From an uncultured Gemmatimonadales bacterium (GTDB taxonomy: Bacteria > Gemmatimonadota > Gemmatimonadetes > Gemmatimonadales > GWC2-71-9), in NCBI GenBank assembly GCA_963771275.1, contig CAVYSW010000009.1:64001-128000 (forward strand): DNA of 64,000 bases, in the 5' to 3' direction. The notes beneath the pieces are model-generated. The model did no database searches, was not told where the DNA came from, and saw only the letters and a program-made list of their open reading frames with translations. Each line of letters starts with the position of its first letter. Within the stretch, counting starts at the first letter, position 1. The position numbers and the translations under genes are program-made. Positions 1 to 10,247 of this stretch are shown one piece after another.

Positions 1-687
1 GCCGACTGGGACCCCCTGCGCGCCGCCTGCGCCAGCAAGGACCTCCCGGCGTTCCACACTCCCGATCTGTTCGGCGCGCCGCCCACCCACCGGTCCCTCA
101 CGGCGTGGGGTGACCACTTCGCCGCGTGGGTTGCCCAGTCCGATCCGGCCCCCGTGCTGCTCGGCTATTCGTTGGGCGGGCGACTCGCGCTCCACGCGCT
201 GCTCGCCCAGCCCGCGCTGTGGCGCGGCGCGGTGATCGTCTCCACCCATACCGGCCTGACCGATCCCGCGGCGTGCGCTGCGCGCCGCACCGACGACGCG
301 CGCTGGGCCGCGCGGTTCCTGCACGAAAACTGGGACGCGGTGCTGGCGGACTGGGACGCGCGGGCCGTGTTCGGCGGCGCGGCACGGACGCTTGCACGCC
401 CCGAGCGCGCCTACGACCGGACGGCGCTCGCGAGTGGACTGGTGGACTGGTCCCTCGGCAGCCAACCGCCGCTCGTGCCGCGCCTGCGGGAGATTCCCTG
501 CCCCGTGCGCTGGATCGTGGGCTCCCGCGACGCGCCCTACGTCGCGCTGGGCCGGCACGCGGTAGCCGAGCTGCCGCTCGGCGAGCTGCGCGTCGCGCCC
601 GCAGCGGGGCACCGCGTCCCGTGGGAATCACCCGCGTGGTTCGCGGAGCAGGTGGTGGAATTTGTGCGTGTCGCGTGCAGCGTGTAG
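1..687 (+). CDS. menH: SHCHC synthase, alpha/beta hydrolase (5'-partial)
   Basis: Frame open from base 1; GYSLGG nucleophile elbow and GHRVPWE catalytic His; directly upstream of menB. Confidence 0.85.
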   Translation, partial: ADWDPLRAACASKDLPAFHTPDLFGAPPTHRSLTAWGDHFAAWVAQSDPAPVLLGYSLGGRLALHALLAQPALWRGAVIVSTHTGLTDPAACAARRTDDARWAARFLHENWDAVLADWDARAVFGGAARTLARPERAYDRTALASGLVDWSLGSQPPLVPRLREIPCPVRWIVGSRDAPYVALGRHAVAELPLGELRVAPAAGHRVPWESPAWFAEQVVEFVRVACSV

Positions 688-690
688 CGG

Positions 691-773
691 GCGAATGTCC
701 AATGTCCAAGGTCCAAGTACCAAGTACCAAGTACCTGGACATTGAACATTGCGTGTTGGACATTGGACATCGC
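691..773. repeat. Palindromic array of 7-nt tandem repeats
   Basis: AATGTCC x2, AAGGTCC, AAGTACC x3, then TGGACAT/TGAACAT units; outer arms are reverse complements. Confidence 0.9.
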
Positions 774-815
774 ACCGTATGTTCCAGCATTCTCCAGCCG
801 AACCGCGGGCACCTC

Positions 816-1649
816 ATGGGCAATCCAGCGACGTGGACTCCGATCCACCAGTTCACCGACATCCGCTACGAGCACACCGGCGACGGCATCGCCAAGATCA
901 CGATCAACCGGCCGGACGTGCGCAATGCGTTCCGCCCGCTCACCGTGCGCGAGATGCAGGAGGCGTTCGCGCTCGCCCGCGAGGACGGGACGATCGGCGC
1001 CGTGATCCTCACCGGGGAGGGCCCGGAGGCGTTCTGCTCGGGCGGCGATCAGCGGATCCGCGGCGACGCGGGCTATGTGGATCACGAGCAGGGCGGCACG
1101 ATGCGCCTCAACGTGCTCGACCTCCAGAAGCAGATCCGCGCGCTGCCCAAGCCCGTCGTGGCGATGGTCGCGGGGTACGCGATCGGCGGCGGGCACGTGC
1201 TGCACGTGGTGTGCGACCTCACCATCGCGGCCGACAACGCGCGGTTCGGGCAGACCGGCCCCAAGGTAGGCTCGTTCGACGGCGGCCTGGGCTCGAGCTA
1301 CCTCGCCCGCATCGTGGGGCAGAAGAAGGCGCGCGAGATCTGGTATCTCTGCCGCCAGTACGACGCCCAGCAGGCGCTCGCGATGGGGCTGGTGAACGCG
1401 GTGGTGCCGCTCGCCCGGCTCGAGGAGGAGACGCTCGCCTGGTGCCGCGAGATGCTGCAGCACTCGCCGCTCGCGCTGCGCTGCCTCAAGGCCGCGCTCA
1501 ACGCCGACTGCGACGGCCAGATCGGGCTGCTCGACCTGGCCGGCAACGCCACGCTGCTGTACTACATGTCGGAAGAGGCCCAGGAAGGCCGCAACGCCTA
1601 CAACGAGAAGCGACCGCCGGATTTCTCCCGGTTCCCACGCTATCCGTGA
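816..1649 (+). CDS. menB: 1,4-dihydroxy-2-naphthoyl-CoA synthase
   Basis: Crotonase motifs [38 protein letters not shown] at 816. Confidence 0.97.
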   Translation: MGNPATWTPIHQFTDIRYEHTGDGIAKITINRPDVRNAFRPLTVREMQEAFALAREDGTIGAVILTGEGPEAFCSGGDQRIRGDAGYVDHEQGGTMRLNVLDLQKQIRALPKPVVAMVAGYAIGGGHVLHVVCDLTIAADNARFGQTGPKVGSFDGGLGSSYLARIVGQKKAREIWYLCRQYDAQQALAMGLVNAVVPLARLEEETLAWCREMLQHSPLALRCLKAALNADCDGQIGLLDLAGNATLLYYMSEEAQEGRNAYNEKRPPDFSRFPRYP

Positions 1650-2530
1650 CGGCGTTGCTCCCGACCGGCCTGCTGCTCGCCGCGCGTCCCAAGACGCTCA
1701 CGGCCGCGGTCGTGCCGGTCGTGGTGGGCACGGCGCTCGCCGCGGCGCTCGGCCACCCCGTGATCTGGTGGCGGGCGGGCGGCGCGCTCCTGGGCGCGGC
1801 CGCGATCCAAGTCGGCACCAACCTGTTCAACGACCTGCTCGACTTCTCGCGCGGCGCCGACACGGCGCACCGCGTGGGGCCGACCCGCGTGACCCAGGCC
1901 GGGATCCTCACGCCGGCCCAGGTCCGGGGGGCGGCACTCGCGAGCTTCGCCGTCGCGCTGGGGTGCGGCATCCCGCTGGTCGTCGTCGCGGGCTGGCCGA
2001 TCCTGACGCTCGGCCTGCTCTCGCTGCTGTTCGGCTACGCGTACACCGGGGGACCGTACCCGCTGGCCTACCACGGCCTGGGTGAGGGGTTCGTGCTGGC
2101 TTTCTTCGGGCTCGGGGCGGTGGGCGGCACGTACTACCTGCACGCCGGCGCGCTCGCCTGGCCCGTGGCCCTCGCGGGCGCGCAGGTGGGGCTGCTCGCC
2201 TGCGCGCTGCTCGCGATCAACAACCTGCGGGACGTGGCCGAGGACGCGCGGAGCGGCAAGCACACGCTCGCCGCGCGACTCGGCGTCGGGTTCGGGCGGG
2301 CGGAGATCGCGCTCTGCGCGTTCGGCCCGCTCGTCCTCAACCTCCTGTGGCTCCAGGCCGGGGACCGGCTCGCCGCCCTGCTGCCGCTCGCGGCGCTCCC
2401 GCTGGCGTTCGCCGCCGTCCGCGTCGTGTGGCGCGACGCGCCCGGCCCGAGCTACAACCGCGCGCTCGCCCGCGCCGCCGGGCTGCAACTCGCGTTCGGC
2501 GTGTTGCTCGCCGCGGGCCTCGCCCTGTGA
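1646..2530 (+). CDS. menA: DHNA polyprenyltransferase
   Basis: [28 protein letters not shown] motifs; hydrophobic; GTGA overlap with menB. Confidence 0.93.
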   Translation: MTALLPTGLLLAARPKTLTAAVVPVVVGTALAAALGHPVIWWRAGGALLGAAAIQVGTNLFNDLLDFSRGADTAHRVGPTRVTQAGILTPAQVRGAALASFAVALGCGIPLVVVAGWPILTLGLLSLLFGYAYTGGPYPLAYHGLGEGFVLAFFGLGAVGGTYYLHAGALAWPVALAGAQVGLLACALLAINNLRDVAEDARSGKHTLAARLGVGFGRAEIALCAFGPLVLNLLWLQAGDRLAALLPLAALPLAFAAVRVVWRDAPGPSYNRALARAAGLQLAFGVLLAAGLAL

Positions 2531-3654
2531 TCGACTGGGACGGCAGCGACACCCCGGTCTTGCTCAACCCACGCCTCGCCGAGGCGGACGCCCGCTCGAT
2601 CCGCGCGCTGATCGAGCGGATCCCGCTCGCGGCGCACGTATGGGTCACCACGTCGGGCGCCACCGGCCGGCTCAAGCCGGTCGCCCTCGCCAAGCGCGCC
2701 GTGCTGGCGTCCGCCGCCGCCGTGAACGCGCACCTCGCGAGCGACGCGTCCGACGTCTGGGTCAACGTGCTGCCCCCGTTCCACGTGGGCGGGCTCGGCG
2801 TGCACGCCCGCGCCCACCTGAGCGGCGCCCGCGTGGCGACGCTCGACCGCTGGGACACCGGGGGCTTCGTCAGGCGGCTCGCCGGCACGCGGCGTGCGCT
2901 CAGCGCGCTCGTCCCCACTCAGGTGTTCGACCTGGTGCGCGCCGGCCTCCGGGCTCCCGCGTCGGTTCGGGCCGTGGTGGTGGGCGGCGGGGCGCTCGGC
3001 GCCGAGCTGTACGCGCGGGCCCGCGCCCTGGGATGGCCGCTGCTCCCCAGCTACGGCGCCACCGAGTGCGCCTCCCAGATCGCGACGGCAAGTCTCGCGT
3101 CCCTCTCCGCCGGTGGATTTCCGGAGCTGGCGATCCTGTCCCACGCCGAGGTGCGCACCGGCGCCGACGGCCGCCTGGAGGTGCAGAGCGCGGCGCTGTT
3201 GACCGGCTACGCGACCGCCGACGGACTGGACGATCCCAAGCGGGATGGCTGGTGGCGGACCGACGACGTGGGCGAAGTCCGTGGCCGGTGCCTGACGGTG
3301 GGGGGACGCGTGGATGCCACGGTGAAAGTCGGCGGCGAGCTGGTGCCGCTGCCGCCGCTCGACGCCAAGCTCGAGCAGGTGCGTCTCGGCATGGCCCCGG
3401 ACGCGGACGCCGCGCTGGTGGCGCTCCCCGATGACCGGCTCGGCCACGCGATCCACCTCGCCGTCGCCGGCGTCCCGGCGGCCACCGCCGACCGACTGCT
3501 CGCGGCGTTCAACGCCGGGCTATTGCCCTATGAGCGTGCGCGCTCGGTGCGGCGGGTGGCGGAGATCCCCAGGACCTCGCTGGGGAAGGTGAGGCGCGAG
3601 GAGCTCGTGCAGCGCGCAGCGGGCAGCGTGCAGCGGGTTCCCGACGGAGCTTAA
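2527..3654 (+). CDS. menE: o-succinylbenzoate-CoA ligase (short form)
   Basis: TTSGATG P-loop, HVGG, SYGATECASQ, PRTSLGK; GTGA overlap with menA. Confidence 0.88.
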   Translation: MIDWDGSDTPVLLNPRLAEADARSIRALIERIPLAAHVWVTTSGATGRLKPVALAKRAVLASAAAVNAHLASDASDVWVNVLPPFHVGGLGVHARAHLSGARVATLDRWDTGGFVRRLAGTRRALSALVPTQVFDLVRAGLRAPASVRAVVVGGGALGAELYARARALGWPLLPSYGATECASQIATASLASLSAGGFPELAILSHAEVRTGADGRLEVQSAALLTGYATADGLDDPKRDGWWRTDDVGEVRGRCLTVGGRVDATVKVGGELVPLPPLDAKLEQVRLGMAPDADAALVALPDDRLGHAIHLAVAGVPAATADRLLAAFNAGLLPYERARSVRRVAEIPRTSLGKVRREELVQRAAGSVQRVPDGA

Positions 3655-3695
3655 CGCTGCACGCTGCACGCTACACGCTACACGCTGCACGTTAC
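3609..3695. repeat. Inverted heptamer tandem repeats between convergent genes
   Basis: GCAGCG(C/G/T) x4 at 3609-3636, then ACGCT(G/A)C x5 plus ACGTTAC at 3654-3695. Confidence 0.85.
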
Positions 3696-5410
3696 TGCCT
3701 GCACTGCCCGTTCGGATCCGGCTTCGGCTGATCCACCACCACGCGGTGGTCGAGGTTCGCCACCGTCCGGGCGATGTCCGCCACGAGGCGACCGACCCGG
3801 GACATCTTGTCGAAGTCGATGTACTGCACCTCGTCCGTCAGCATGTGGTAGTCCTGATGGCTCCCGGTGGAGAAGAACACGATCGGGATGCCGTACCGCG
3901 CGTACATGTAGTGGTCGCTGCGGCAGTAGTACTGCTGCGGGTGGCCCGTCGCGTCGTACTGATAGTCGAACGTGAAGCCGTAGCCGTCGCGCGTGTTGAC
4001 GGTCTCCACCAGATCGCCCAGCTCCGTCGAGAGACGCCGCGAGCCGATCAACTGCACGTAGCCGGGTCCGCCGCCCTTGACGTCGGTGGCGCTGCCCCGG
4101 CCGATCATGTCCATGTTGAGCTCCGCCACGATCGAATCGCGCGGCACCGTGGGATAGTCGGTGAAGTAGCGCGACCCGTACAGGCCCGCCTCCTCCCCCG
4201 TGTGCCACACGAACAGGATCGACCGCCGGGGCTTGGCCGGCGTGAGGTGGAACGCCGCCGCCATCGCCAGCGTGGTGACCGAGCCCGACCCGTCGTCGTC
4301 CGCGCCGTTGTAGATCGAGTCGGGGCCGGACGGCCGCAGGGCGCGCAGGCTGTCGCGGATCGCCTGGATGCGGGTCTGCTCCTCGGCGGTCGCCGCCCGC
4401 ATCGGGCTCTCGGCCCCGTCGGGCCGCACGACGTGATTGAACGCCCAGACGGAGTCGTGGTCCTGCGGCCGGCCGGTGCCGACGTGGTCGTTGTGAGCGC
4501 CGATCACGACGTACTCGTTGCGCAGCGCCGGATCGCTGCCCCGCACCACCGCGACGACGTTGCGCGATGGGAACGCGCTCGGCGTGAGCGCGAACCGGAT
4601 GGTCCCCTGAATCGTCGTACCCGTCCGGCCGGGCGCGAGCGTGGCAACCGAGTCGACCGGGACCCCGAACAGCGCGCCGACGGTCGCCAGGCGCACCAGC
4701 ATGCCGAGCGGCCCTTCGGGCAGCTTCGCGCTCATAGCGGGAGGCGGCTCGCGCAGGAAGCCCAGCTGGGCCGGCGGCATGAGATCGAGCATGGCGAAGG
4801 CGATGCCGGCGGCGGTGGGGTATTGCGCGAGGGCGGTCCCCAGGCCGGCGGGGCCAGCCGGCCCTCGCGGCGGCCCCACCACCACGAGCTTCCCGGTCGC
4901 CAGCGCCGGGCTCAGCCCCGTCGTGTCCCCCATCGGACCGGCGTAGATCGCCTGCGCGCCGTCGAGCGATCCCGCCATCCCGAACGGCAGGCCGAAGTCG
5001 GGGAACGACGGGATCGGGGCGAAATCCTGCCAGATCACCAGCGCCTTGCCGCTCACGGACAGGCCGGACGCCGCGGAGTCCACCGCGCGCTCGTGGAGCG
5101 GCAGCGTCTGGAAGTAGCTGCCGTGCTCGCCCGCGGGCTCAACCCCCAGGCGTTGCAGCTGGGCGGCCAGATAGTCCGTGGCCTTGACGTTGCCGGCCGT
5201 TCCCATCTGGCGTCCCGCCAGCGAATCGGCCGCGAACACGGTGAGATAGCGACGCAGCTCGGCCGCGCTCAGCGCGGCGGTCGGGAGCGGCGCGTCGGAC
5301 GCGACCGGCACGCGCGTCGTCGGCGCGGGCGCCTGGCTCGGTGCGTGACTGCCGCAGCCGACGAGGATCGCGGCGGACGGCCAGATGAACCGCAATGGAA
5401 GGCGACGCAC
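3692..5410 (-). CDS. M28 family metallopeptidase with PA-like insert, probable lipoprotein
   Basis: GAHNDH, NGADDDGSG, GEEAGL, NMDMIG, RSDHY; LVGC lipobox. Confidence 0.9.
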   Translation of the reverse strand: MRRLPLRFIWPSAAILVGCGSHAPSQAPAPTTRVPVASDAPLPTAALSAAELRRYLTVFAADSLAGRQMGTAGNVKATDYLAAQLQRLGVEPAGEHGSYFQTLPLHERAVDSAASGLSVSGKALVIWQDFAPIPSFPDFGLPFGMAGSLDGAQAIYAGPMGDTTGLSPALATGKLVVVGPPRGPAGPAGLGTALAQYPTAAGIAFAMLDLMPPAQLGFLREPPPAMSAKLPEGPLGMLVRLATVGALFGVPVDSVATLAPGRTGTTIQGTIRFALTPSAFPSRNVVAVVRGSDPALRNEYVVIGAHNDHVGTGRPQDHDSVWAFNHVVRPDGAESPMRAATAEEQTRIQAIRDSLRALRPSGPDSIYNGADDDGSGSVTTLAMAAAFHLTPAKPRRSILFVWHTGEEAGLYGSRYFTDYPTVPRDSIVAELNMDMIGRGSATDVKGGGPGYVQLIGSRRLSTELGDLVETVNTRDGYGFTFDYQYDATGHPQQYYCRSDHYMYARYGIPIVFFSTGSHQDYHMLTDEVQYIDFDKMSRVGRLVADIARTVANLDHRVVVDQPKPDPNGQCRQ

Positions 5411-5600
5411 GGCGCGACTCCTGCAAAGAGGGAATGGGGGTCTCGAAAGCTAATCGGAGTACGAGCGCCGCGGCCGGGAGTTTCGCAGGGACCCGAACGG
5501 GCGGGGGCGCCGGCAGCTGCAGCGGGCCCGGGCGCAGGTGAACGATCGGGAGAACACGATGCGGGCGATCGCGGAGTGCTGGCCGGTGAGGCGGGAGGGA

Positions 5601-5672
5601 AGCCAGCGGTGGGGATTGAACCCACGACCCCCGGTTTACGAAACCGGTGCTCTACCACTGAGCTACGCTGGC
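5601..5672 (-). tRNA. tRNA-Thr(CGT)
   Basis: Cloverleaf, anticodon loop TTCGTAA, T-loop GTTCAAT; CCA not encoded. Confidence 0.95.
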
Positions 5673-5739
5673 ACGAAGATCCCGGGCACGCGACCCCGTC
5701 AGGGTCCGGCGCCTCGCACGGCGCTACGGTGTCTGGAAA

Positions 5740-5821
5740 TGCCCTGGCCCGGATTCGAACCGGGACGCCTTGCGGCACTGCCCCCTCAAGACAGCGTGTC
5801 TACCAGTTTCACCACCAGGGC
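5740..5821 (-). tRNA. tRNA-Leu(GAG)
   Basis: Cloverleaf with long variable arm, anticodon loop TTGAGGG, GTTCGAAT. Confidence 0.95.
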
Positions 5822-5974
5822 GGCAGCGGCTCGTCTCGAGCGGTGGCAAGTTACCCGCGGCCCAGGCGGGAATCAAGCACACCGAGGGCGCCCCCTGGCG
5901 CTCCCGACCGGGTGTGTCATACGTTAGCGGGTGGGGAAGTCAGCGATCGCATACGCCCGGCGAAAGGAGGCTCC

Positions 5975-6340
5975 GTGCAGGTGCTGCTGGTCGAGGACGA
6001 CCCGCTCGTCCGGACGTCCATCGCCAAGATTCTCCAGCGCGGTGGGTTCACCGTACAACCCGTCGCCAACGGCCTGGCGGCCCTCTCGGAGCTGCGCGAT
6101 CAGCGGTTCGCGGCGATCGTCACCGACCTCCGGCTTCCGTTCCTCGGCGGCGACGATTTCTTCCGGCAGATCCAGCAACTGTTTCCCGACATGGCCAAGC
6201 GCGTGGTGTTCGTGACCGGGTGGGCGCAGGACCAGTCGGTGAGCGAGTTCCTCGAAAAGACCGGTCAGCCGTGCCTGGCCAAGCCGTTCGAGGCGGGGGA
6301 GCTGATCGCGGCGGTGCAGCGGGTGGCGTCGAAGGTCTGA
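5975..6340 (+). CDS. Single-domain response regulator (REC)
   Basis: VLLVEDD, IVTDLRLP, VFVTG, AKPF; AAAGGAGG RBS before GTG. Confidence 0.92.
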   Translation: MQVLLVEDDPLVRTSIAKILQRGGFTVQPVANGLAALSELRDQRFAAIVTDLRLPFLGGDDFFRQIQQLFPDMAKRVVFVTGWAQDQSVSEFLEKTGQPCLAKPFEAGELIAAVQRVASKV

Positions 6341-6349
6341 CGCGGATCC

Positions 6350-6931
6350 CTACTTGAAGTACGGCTTCTCCCCGGCGGCGTGGTCGGTGATGTCCTGAAT
6401 CCCCCGCAGCTGCGGGATGACGCGCTTGAGCTGGCTCTCGATCCCCTGCCGCAGCGTGACGTTGGCCATGCCGCACCCCTGGCACCCGCCCATCATCCGC
6501 ACCACGACCGTCCCGTCCTGCACGTCGATCAGCTCGATCCGGCCGCCGTGCTGGGCGACCGCGGGATTCACCTCCCGCTGGAACATCCGATCCACGATCT
6601 CGTAGATCCCGTCGTCGCTGAGCTCCGGGCCCGCCGCCGGCGCGCCGGGGGCCCGGGCCTGCAGCCCCGTGCTGATGGCGTACGCCACCCGGTCCTCGAG
6701 GTCCTCCCACGAGACCTCGTCGCGCCGGAGCACCAGCACGGAGTCGTTCTCGATCATCGCTTCCTGCACACCCGGCACCGCGAGCACCGCCTCGGCGATC
6801 GGGTTGCCGGATGCCTCGTCGGCCGACATGTAGTGGTGCCGGCCCGGCGGCGCGAGGGGATCGCCGGTCTCGACCACGAACCGGCGAATGCGGTCGGTTT
6901 CGCTGGCGGTATACGTGCGGACGTCAGGCAT
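6350..6931 (-). CDS. NifU/NfuA family Fe-S carrier (Nfu N-terminal plus NifU-C domain)
   Basis: VNPAVAQHGG and GGCQGCG CxxC; C-terminal DITDHAAGEKPYF. Confidence 0.9.
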   Translation of the reverse strand: MPDVRTYTASETDRIRRFVVETGDPLAPPGRHHYMSADEASGNPIAEAVLAVPGVQEAMIENDSVLVLRRDEVSWEDLEDRVAYAISTGLQARAPGAPAAGPELSDDGIYEIVDRMFQREVNPAVAQHGGRIELIDVQDGTVVVRMMGGCQGCGMANVTLRQGIESQLKRVIPQLRGIQDITDHAAGEKPYFK

Positions 6932-7011
6932 GCACGAATCATAGGCGGACCCCGTCGCCCGCGAAAGACGGCGGCCGGGGTCGGGGTGGGGGTGGGGGTG
7001 GGGGCCGGGCG

Positions 7012-10000
7012 TTACCGCACGATCACCGCCGGCAGCCCGAGCGTCGCCACCGCCGTGTTGAACGCCGGAATTCGGTCCCGCAGCACCGCCGCCAGGCGGT
7101 CGAGCTGCTGCTGCAAGGCCGCCGACAGCTCGTCGAACACCGCGTACGTCTGATCGGTGGGCCTGGCGTCGACGCCCGCCACCACGCCGGCCAGCGCCGC
7201 GATCTTGTTGTTCAACCGGATCGGGAAGTTGAGCGGGTCCTGGCTGCTGCGGTTCTTCGTCTGGTAGATCGCCTCCTCGACCGCCGTCAGCTCCGTCCCG
7301 ATCGCGCGGGCCAGCGCCCGAACCGAGTCGGCGGCCGCGCCGCGTGCAGCGGCTCCAGCCGCGTCCAGCCGGCCGACCACCCCCTCCATGTCGCGCCGCA
7401 CCGCGCGGATCCGGCTCACCGCGTCGTTCGCCGCGCTCAGGCGGTCCCGAATGCGGATGAGGAAGTCGAACTGCGCCTGATAGTCGGCCGCGCTCACCGT
7501 GACCCGCGGGTCCGGCAGCAGGTCGACGCCGCGCGTCACCGACCAGTCACCGGCGGTCAACCGGACCTGATACGGGCCGGGCACCGCCACCGGCCCCTGC
7601 GTCCCGCCGCCCCACATGATCAGCCCGTCGAACCGGCTCGCGTCGGGATACCGCAGGTTCCAGACGAACCGGTTCATGCCGGCCGTGACCTCGAGCCGCT
7701 CGCCGCGCTCCCTGGCGCTCGTCGAGAACGCCTTCACGAGCTTCCCGTCGGCGGCGAGCACCTCGAGCTTCACCTCGCCCGCGGGCGGCTCCCGGAGGAA
7801 GAAGTGCACCATCACGCCGGCCGGCGGGTTCTCCCCCACGCCGGCGGCCGCGCCTCCGCCCCCGAAGCCGCCGCCCTCCAGCCGGTACGTCGGTCGCGGG
7901 GTGTACAGCACCCGATCGGCGCGGGCCACGTCGGCCGTGAGCTCGCGGAGCGGCGTGACATCGTCGAGGATCCAGAACGAGCGCCCGTGCGTCGCCGCGA
8001 CGAGATCGCTCCCCTTCACCGTGAGATCGTGCACCGGCACCACCGGCAGGTTGAGCTGCAACGACTGCCAGTGGGCACCGTCGTCGAACGACACGTACGC
8101 GCCGAACTCGCCGCCCGCGTACAGCAGCGCGGGACGCACCGGGTCCTGGCGCACCGTGCGGATGAAGTGCCCGGGCGGGATGCCGGTCACGATCTTCTTC
8201 CAGGTCCGGCCGTAGTCGGCGGTCTTGTAGACGTACGGCGCGAAGTCGTCGAGCTTGTAGCGCGTCGCCGCCACGTAAGCCGTCCCGGCGTCGTGCGGTG
8301 AGGCGTCGATGACGCTGATCAGCGCCCACTCGGGCAGGTCCTTCGGCGTGACGTTCGTCCAGGTCGTGCCGCCGTCCCGCGTCACGTGGATCAGGCCGTC
8401 ATCGGAGCCCGCCCACAGCACGTTGCGGTCGCGCGGCGACGGCGCCAGCGCGAAGATCGTGGCGTAGTACTCGACGCTGGTGTTGTCCTTCGTGATCGGC
8501 CCGCCCGAAGGGCCGAGCTTGGTCGGGTCGTGCCGCGTGAGATCGGGGCTGATCGTCTCCCAGGTCTGGCCCTCGTTCGTCGTGCGGTGCACGTACTGCG
8601 AGGTCACGTACAGCACGTTGGGATCCTGCGGCGACGGCGCGATCGGGTAGGTCCACTGGAAGCGGTACGTGATGTCGCCGGCCCCCCACCCCATGGGGTT
8701 GTCGGGCCAGACGGACACGTTCCGCGTCTGGCCGGTGCGTCGATCGTTGCGGTCGAGCGCGCCGCCGTAGCAGCCGGCGAACGACACGTCCGGCTGGTCC
8801 GCCCGGGTGACGACGAACCCGCTCTCACACCCGCCCACCGTGTAGTAGTCCGCCGTGGTGATCCCGCCCGACGTCGTCCGGCTGGGCACACAGATCGTGC
8901 TGTTGTCCTGCTGCCCGCCGCAGACGTAGTACGGGAAGTGACTGGTGGTGAACGCGTGGTACATCTGGGCGGTGGGCTGGTTGTCCTGGCCGGTCCAGCC
9001 GATCCCGCCGTTGTACGACACGTTGGCCCCGCCGTCGTTGCCGTTCACCATGCGGCGGGCATCATTCGGAGCGATCCACAGCGCGTGATGATCGCCGTGC
9101 GGCGCCCGCAGGGTGGTGAACGTGCGGCCCCCGTCCACCGACTTGTGGAGCTGCACGTTCAGCACGTACACGGTCTCCTCGTCCGCGGGGTCGGCGTAGA
9201 TGTTGGTGTAGTACCAGGCGCGCTGCCGCAGGCCGCGCTCGTCGTTCAGCTGCTGCCAGGTGTCGCCGCCGTCGTCGGAGCGGAACACCCCGCCGCGCTC
9301 GTGCTCGACCATCGCCCAGACGCGATCGGGACGCACCGGCGAGACGGCGAGCCCCACCTTGCCCACCACCCCCGAGTCCGGCAGGCCCGCGTTGCGGGTG
9401 ATCTCCGTCCAGGTCGTGCCGCCGTCGCGCGACCGGAAGATCCCGCTGCCGGCGCCGCCGCTCTCGAAGCCCCACGGCGTGCGCCGCGCCTGCCACAGCG
9501 CGGCGTACAGGATCCGCGGGTTGGTCGGGTCCATCGCGAGGTCGATGGCGCCGGAGTTGGCGTCGCGATAGAGCACGCGCTCCCAGGTCCGGCCGCCGTC
9601 CCGCGAGCGGAACACGCCGCGCTGCTCGCTCGGCCCGAAGATGTGGCCCAGCACCGCGGCGTAGACCAGGTCGGGATCCGCCGGGTGGACGCGGATCTGG
9701 GTGATCTGCCCGGCGTCGGCGAGGCCCGCCGCCGTCCAGGTCTTGCCGCCGTCGGTGGAGCGATACGCGCCGTTCCCCGGCGAGACGTTCCCGCGGGGCG
9801 GCGCTTCACCCGTGCCGGCGTACACCACGTTCGGGTCCGACGGGGCGACCGCCAGCGCGCCGATCGAGCCCGCCATCCGGGTGGAGTCCGTCAGCGGCAG
9901 CCACGTGAGGCCGCCGTCGATCGTCTTCCACACGCCGCCGCCAGTCGTGCCCATGTAGAAAACGAGCGGCTGGTCGGCGTGCCCGGCCACCGCGGCAACC

Positions 10001-10137
10001 CGCCCGCCGCGATAGGGGCCGATCATCCGCCAGCGCAGGGCGTTGAACAGGGTCGAGTCGTACGGCGCGCCCTGCGCGAGCGCGGCGGCGGGCGTGACCA
10101 GAATCGCGAGCAGCGCGAAGTGTCGCGGCATGCGCAT
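7012..10137 (-). CDS. Secreted VPS10/sortilin-like BNR-repeat protein (glycosyl hydrolase-like)
   Basis: Signal peptide, WRMIGPYRGGR, many SxDGGxTW Asp-boxes, C-terminal coiled coil; start 10137 or 10131. Confidence 0.88.
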   Translation of the reverse strand: MRMPRHFALLAILVTPAAALAQGAPYDSTLFNALRWRMIGPYRGGRVAAVAGHADQPLVFYMGTTGGGVWKTIDGGLTWLPLTDSTRMAGSIGALAVAPSDPNVVYAGTGEAPPRGNVSPGNGAYRSTDGGKTWTAAGLADAGQITQIRVHPADPDLVYAAVLGHIFGPSEQRGVFRSRDGGRTWERVLYRDANSGAIDLAMDPTNPRILYAALWQARRTPWGFESGGAGSGIFRSRDGGTTWTEITRNAGLPDSGVVGKVGLAVSPVRPDRVWAMVEHERGGVFRSDDGGDTWQQLNDERGLRQRAWYYTNIYADPADEETVYVLNVQLHKSVDGGRTFTTLRAPHGDHHALWIAPNDARRMVNGNDGGANVSYNGGIGWTGQDNQPTAQMYHAFTTSHFPYYVCGGQQDNSTICVPSRTTSGGITTADYYTVGGCESGFVVTRADQPDVSFAGCYGGALDRNDRRTGQTRNVSVWPDNPMGWGAGDITYRFQWTYPIAPSPQDPNVLYVTSQYVHRTTNEGQTWETISPDLTRHDPTKLGPSGGPITKDNTSVEYYATIFALAPSPRDRNVLWAGSDDGLIHVTRDGGTTWTNVTPKDLPEWALISVIDASPHDAGTAYVAATRYKLDDFAPYVYKTADYGRTWKKIVTGIPPGHFIRTVRQDPVRPALLYAGGEFGAYVSFDDGAHWQSLQLNLPVVPVHDLTVKGSDLVAATHGRSFWILDDVTPLRELTADVARADRVLYTPRPTYRLEGGGFGGGGAAAGVGENPPAGVMVHFFLREPPAGEVKLEVLAADGKLVKAFSTSARERGERLEVTAGMNRFVWNLRYPDASRFDGLIMWGGGTQGPVAVPGPYQVRLTAGDWSVTRGVDLLPDPRVTVSAADYQAQFDFLIRIRDRLSAANDAVSRIRAVRRDMEGVVGRLDAAGAAARGAAADSVRALARAIGTELTAVEEAIYQTKNRSSQDPLNFPIRLNNKIAALAGVVAGVDARPTDQTYAVFDELSAALQQQLDRLAAVLRDRIPAFNTAVATLGLPAVIVR

Positions 10138-10205
10138 GGGGAGCCTCGCGGGAGAAGCCGGGATGGCAGGGGTCAACTGCGGGCGAGCGAATCGACGCCA
10201 GGGGG

Positions 10206-10233
10206 AGCGGCAGAGGCGACCGCCTCTGCCGCT
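10206..10233 (-). terminator. Hairpin downstream of rocD
   Basis: AGCGGCAGAGGCG / CGCCTCTGCCGCT inverted repeat; no clear U-tract. Confidence 0.5.
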
Positions 10234-10247
10234 TCTGCCGCGTTCGA

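Noticed and set aside
691..773. Possible CRISPR array
   Set aside because: Units are 7 nt with no spacers, and no cas genes are present.
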